Of a DNA stretch of 64,000 nucleotides, positions 60,461 through 64,000 are shown in pieces. Origin of the DNA: an uncultured delta proteobacterium (lineage in GTDB: Bacteria; Myxococcota_A; Polyangia; Fen-1088); contig CAWCMR010000015.1 of the NCBI GenBank assembly GCA_963796685.1, positions 288,001 through 352,000 of the forward strand. The letters run 5' to 3'. The first letter of the stretch is position 1. The number at the start of each line of letters is the position of its first letter. A program made the translations under genes and the position numbers. Below the pieces are notes generated by a model, which was not told where the DNA came from, did not search any database, and saw only the letters and a list, made by a program, of their open reading frames with translations.

Positions 60461-60922
60461 ATGAGTACCCTAAAAGAAATCCTGTCACGTCCAGGCTCGC
60501 GTCCCCAGGTGATTCGCGATTGCGAGCAGATCATCAACGAAGAGGTCTCCTCGAAGGGCCTGACCGGCATCCCCATCAAGGCGGCGCACGCGGTGGTCAA
60601 GGCCATCAAGCCCGGCTTCATTCCCGAGGTGATCGACGGTCTTCTCGATGACTTCGCCGATCGACTCGATCCGCTTTACCAAGCTGCCAAAGCCAAGAAC
60701 GAACCGGTCACCGCGTATTTTGGCGCGCACTCCGGCGAGGCCGCCGAAGCGCTGCTGGGTATCACCGACCAGCGCGCGCAGCGTGCGAAGAACCAGGTGG
60801 TCAAGACTGCCTACGAAAAGCTGCGCCCCATGGCCAAGAAGCATACGGAGGCGGCCATCCCGCGGGTGGCCAAGATGATCGCCAAGCACGACGCCGCTTC
60901 CGCCGCGGCCCCGACTGCTTGA
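60461..60922 (+). CDS. Conserved hypothetical helical protein (DUF6918-like)
   Basis: EEVSSKGLTGIPIK, AEALLGITDQRA, YEKLRP pattern. Confidence 0.75.
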   Translation: MSTLKEILSRPGSRPQVIRDCEQIINEEVSSKGLTGIPIKAAHAVVKAIKPGFIPEVIDGLLDDFADRLDPLYQAAKAKNEPVTAYFGAHSGEAAEALLGITDQRAQRAKNQVVKTAYEKLRPMAKKHTEAAIPRVAKMIAKHDAASAAAPTA

Positions 60923-60934
60923 CCGCCGATCCCT

Positions 60935-61453
60935 TCAGCGGTCAAACTCGGGAGGCAGGGCGATGCCGCGCACGTGCTCGATGAAGTGCCGCGGCGGAAG
61001 GAACAGCAGCATCAGCCGTCCAAGGGTGATGATCTCTCCGCCTTGCAACACGCACGGGGTCAGCTTGCCGATGTCGACTTCGTTGACCAGGGTTCCGTTG
61101 GCCGAGCCCCAATCGGTGATTCGGTAGCTGCCTTCGACGCTGGCGATGAAGCAGTGTTTGCGCGAGACCGAGTACTCGGGGATGACCACGTCGTTCTCCG
61201 AGGTTCGGCCGATGGTGATGGGCCCCTTGGGCGAGTCGCGGCCCTTCACCAAGGGGAAGACGCGGCCCGAGATCCGTCCGCGCTCGAGGACGCTGTCCGC
61301 CAGGTTGATGATGCTGGTACCGGAGCCGCGGTTGTCCTCGAGATCGCCGGCCATTCCGAGGGCCGCCAGAAAGGGCCACGGGTAGAGGCGCTTGAAGGCG
61401 TCTGCCCCGACCTCTCGAAACTGTTCGGCGAATTGCTCTAGGTACGAAAACAC
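60935..61453 (-). CDS. FHA-domain protein
   Basis: IGR..ND, SVSRKH, DWGSANGT; GTG start after GGAGAGG. Confidence 0.88.
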   Translation of the reverse strand: MFSYLEQFAEQFREVGADAFKRLYPWPFLAALGMAGDLEDNRGSGTSIINLADSVLERGRISGRVFPLVKGRDSPKGPITIGRTSENDVVIPEYSVSRKHCFIASVEGSYRITDWGSANGTLVNEVDIGKLTPCVLQGGEIITLGRLMLLFLPPRHFIEHVRGIALPPEFDR

Positions 61454-61484
61454 CCTGTCCTCTCCCTTGGGTTGCCTCGGAACG

Positions 61485-62678
61485 CTAAACCAAAGACGAA
61501 TAGAATCCGAGCCAGGTCCTGAGCGTCTGCTGATCGGCTGCGAAAAGGCGCGCCTCCATACGGTGCAGGGTTCCTTCGGTGGCGCAGTGGACGATGACCC
61601 CCAGAACCTCGAGGGGGCCCTTGGGCGCCTCCACGCGCAAGCGCACCATGCTGTTCTCGCGTAGCTTGCTTGCGCCCGTGAACCCGACGCCATCCTTGGC
61701 GAAGTACAAGGACTCGTAGTCCGCGTTGCCGGTGGATCGCAGCACCTGCAGCTTGTAGCTCGCCTGCTTGGTCGGTTCGCCGAGCATCGAATGGGGCGCG
61801 AGCACGCGGCTCCCGACGCGGAAAATACCGGTGTCCTTGCCCGGCGTCGTCTCGTCCAGCGAGGCAACTGCGGTGGCAATCTTGGGCAGCACCGTCATGA
61901 TGTACTCGGGCTCGCCAGGTAGGAGCACGCGCAGCGCCGCCAGGCTTTCGCTGGTGGGGCTGGGCTCGGCGTCCAGCAGGGCGGCGATGGCATCGCACGC
62001 GTTGATGATGTCGATCATGCTGCGATGGTCGCGATCGGATTCGGGGTTGTGATGGGAGCTGATCACGCCGATCAGCATCGGCGGCAGGTTCCAGCGCGCG
62101 GCCGTGACCAGCCCAAGCTCGACGTGAAATCGATCGACGCAAGCGGCCCAGGTGGCTTCGGGCAGAACGCGTGCGTCGCGCGTGCGCGCGATGACCTCCT
62201 CGAAGCACGCTGTCGCCACCACCTGGCCGAAGTCGTGAAGCAACCCGCAGATGAACGCCTCCTCGGGGTTGTTCTTGCGCCAGTAGGCAAGCGCGCGACA
62301 CAGCATCGCGCTGGTCATCGCCAACCGCCAATAGCGCCTGCGCAGCGAGGAGAGGCAGCCGGTCACGATGGCGTGCGCGCCCACGCTGGTGGCGATGGCG
62401 ATCTTGCAAACCTCGTTGGCGCCGATGCGCGTGATGGCCGCCTCCAAGGTCGAGGTGGGCGTGACCCCGCGAAATGCGGCCGAGTTGGCGTAACGCAGGA
62501 TGGTCGCAGCCAACACCGGATCCCCCCCGATCACGCGCTGCAAGTCGCCCATGCCGAAGTCTTCCTCACCGACCAGTCGTTGCAACCGCATGGCCACCAC
62601 GGGGTAGGGCGGCACGTTGACGTTGTCTCGTTTGATGAGGTCGACGACCAGGGCCTCGAGATCTTTCGCGTCGTCCAC
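61485..62678 (-). CDS. HDOD-domain protein with C-terminal PilZ-like beta region
   Basis: DPVLAATILRYANSA, GLLHDFG, WNLP. Confidence 0.88.
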   Translation of the reverse strand: MDDAKDLEALVVDLIKRDNVNVPPYPVVAMRLQRLVGEEDFGMGDLQRVIGGDPVLAATILRYANSAAFRGVTPTSTLEAAITRIGANEVCKIAIATSVGAHAIVTGCLSSLRRRYWRLAMTSAMLCRALAYWRKNNPEEAFICGLLHDFGQVVATACFEEVIARTRDARVLPEATWAACVDRFHVELGLVTAARWNLPPMLIGVISSHHNPESDRDHRSMIDIINACDAIAALLDAEPSPTSESLAALRVLLPGEPEYIMTVLPKIATAVASLDETTPGKDTGIFRVGSRVLAPHSMLGEPTKQASYKLQVLRSTGNADYESLYFAKDGVGFTGASKLRENSMVRLRVEAPKGPLEVLGVIVHCATEGTLHRMEARLFAADQQTLRTWLGFYSSLV

Positions 62679-62795
62679 CGAGGTAGTCTATATCCGGAGC
62701 GGGCACATGGGTAGTCTTCCCGCACCAGGCGGACGAATCCACGACCGTCGGGAAGTTGCCGGTGCGAAGGGATGCGGTGGATTGACCGGATCGCC

Positions 62796-63953
62796 TTACA
62801 GATCGACCTTGACGAATCCCTTGCACGGCTTGGCGAAGAGGTAGCCTTGCAGCAGATCCACGCCGAGCTCGATCAGGGTATCCCGTTCGGCGATGGTTTC
62901 CACGCCTTCGGCCACCACGTGCATCTCCATCTCGGCGAACAGGGCGGTCATGGCCTGGATGACCTTGCGGCGGGTGGGCGAGCTGTCCACGCCGCGCACC
63001 AGGGACATGTCGTACTTGACCACCTCGGGTTGCAAGGGCGCGAAGCTTGCGAGGCCGGAGTAGCCCGCGCCGAGGTCGTCGAGGGCGATGCGGAATCCGA
63101 GGTGGCGTAGTTGGTCGATCCTGGTCTCGATGTCGTTCACCGAGGCCAAAGAGGCTCGCTCCGTCACTTCCAGCACCACGCGCTTGGCGACCTTCGACAG
63201 CGGGGATTCCGGGGAGTAGAGGTGGTCGTCGAGCAGGTCGTGGCTGTGCAGATTGACGAACACGAACTGGCTGGGAGCACTTGGGACGTCCGCGGCGACG
63301 TGATCGCGGACGATTCGACCGAGCTCCGCGACGCGATCGAGGCGTTCGGCCGCGGACAACAGGGCGCAAGGATTGGAGAGCTTGGGCTCCGTGCTGCGCA
63401 GCAGTGCCTCGTAGGCCAGGATACGTCGCCGCTTCCAGGACACGACCGGTTGGTAGGCCATCCAGACCGATTGCAGGGCGCGCTCGAATATCATGGTGAG
63501 GCTGGCGCGGTCTTCGGCCGGGCTCCAGGCCTCGCCTGCCGAGGAGATGGCCATGCGGCGAAGCATGGCCAGTCGGTGCATCTGCGCGCAGTAGATGACG
63601 GTGTCCTGCAGCTCGGAGGGCGTCAGCGGCTTGAGTAGATAGCGGAAGGCGGAGTGCTCGACGGCCGCGACGGCGGTATCGAGCCTTGGCGTGCCGGTGA
63701 TGAGTACCACGGGCATGTCCGCATCACGCTGGTGGGCGGCTTGCAAGACCCCGACGCCGTCGACGCAGGGAAGGGTGATGTCGGACACCACGGCATCGTA
63801 GGTGCCCGAGAGCAACAGGTTGACCGCGGTTTCGCCGTTGTCGGCCGAGTCCACCTCGAACCCTACCGCGCGCAGCGCGCGGGAATAGGCCCGGAGTTGC
63901 AGTTGGTCATCTTCGGCCACAAGAACCCTGGAACCACTTGGTGCCACCCGCAC
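62796..63953 (-). CDS. Receiver + EAL c-di-GMP phosphodiesterase (start may lie outside window)
   Basis: AEDD, SDITLP; YQPVV, YEALLR, EVTER, DDLGAGYSGL, AEGVET, QGY; frame open to window end. Confidence 0.93.
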   Translation of the reverse strand: MRVAPSGSRVLVAEDDQLQLRAYSRALRAVGFEVDSADNGETAVNLLLSGTYDAVVSDITLPCVDGVGVLQAAHQRDADMPVVLITGTPRLDTAVAAVEHSAFRYLLKPLTPSELQDTVIYCAQMHRLAMLRRMAISSAGEAWSPAEDRASLTMIFERALQSVWMAYQPVVSWKRRRILAYEALLRSTEPKLSNPCALLSAAERLDRVAELGRIVRDHVAADVPSAPSQFVFVNLHSHDLLDDHLYSPESPLSKVAKRVVLEVTERASLASVNDIETRIDQLRHLGFRIALDDLGAGYSGLASFAPLQPEVVKYDMSLVRGVDSSPTRRKVIQAMTALFAEMEMHVVAEGVETIAERDTLIELGVDLLQGYLFAKPCKGFVKVDL

Positions 63954-64000
63954 CTCGGGGGCCGGTGTGTCGGTGAACGAGGATAAGGGGACGGCGATAG

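Overview
GC-rich bacterial chromosomal window, most likely from a Myxococcota (Polyangia-like) genome. This is inferred from the CdnL, TPR-PEGA, FHA, Ser/Thr kinase-FGE, type IV pilin and Gly-linker lipoprotein repertoire. Core content: the 3' end of lon; hypFCDE divergent from a group 3d NAD-linked [NiFe]-hydrogenase operon (hoxFUYHW plus a receiver and a membrane kinase); five exported Gly/Ser/Thr-linker proteins (GH128, GH5, aryl-sulfate sulfotransferase, 3xPA14, GH12-like); a MarR-controlled EmrAB/hydrolase/ABC efflux operon; pyk, an S1-domain protein, ligA (frameshifted), cdnL, two tandem pilins, nadB, slt, pgsA, pabB-like, cysQ; and an FHA/HDOD/REC-EAL signalling cluster. No rRNA, tRNA, CRISPR array, transposase or integrase was recognised. 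Features not explained by ordinary annotation: a family of small dispersed intergenic repeats (an imperfect inverted repeat enclosing a hexamer array at 419-510, with partial copies at 1285, 46450 and 49959), two further intergenic tandem arrays, three gene relics (PemK, CheB/CheR PAS tail, kinase-USP tail), a RelA/SpoT-type HD hydrolase with an unknown C-terminal half, a secreted (AEK)n protein, and many apparently leaderless genes. All calls come from motif reading by eye; no database search was run.
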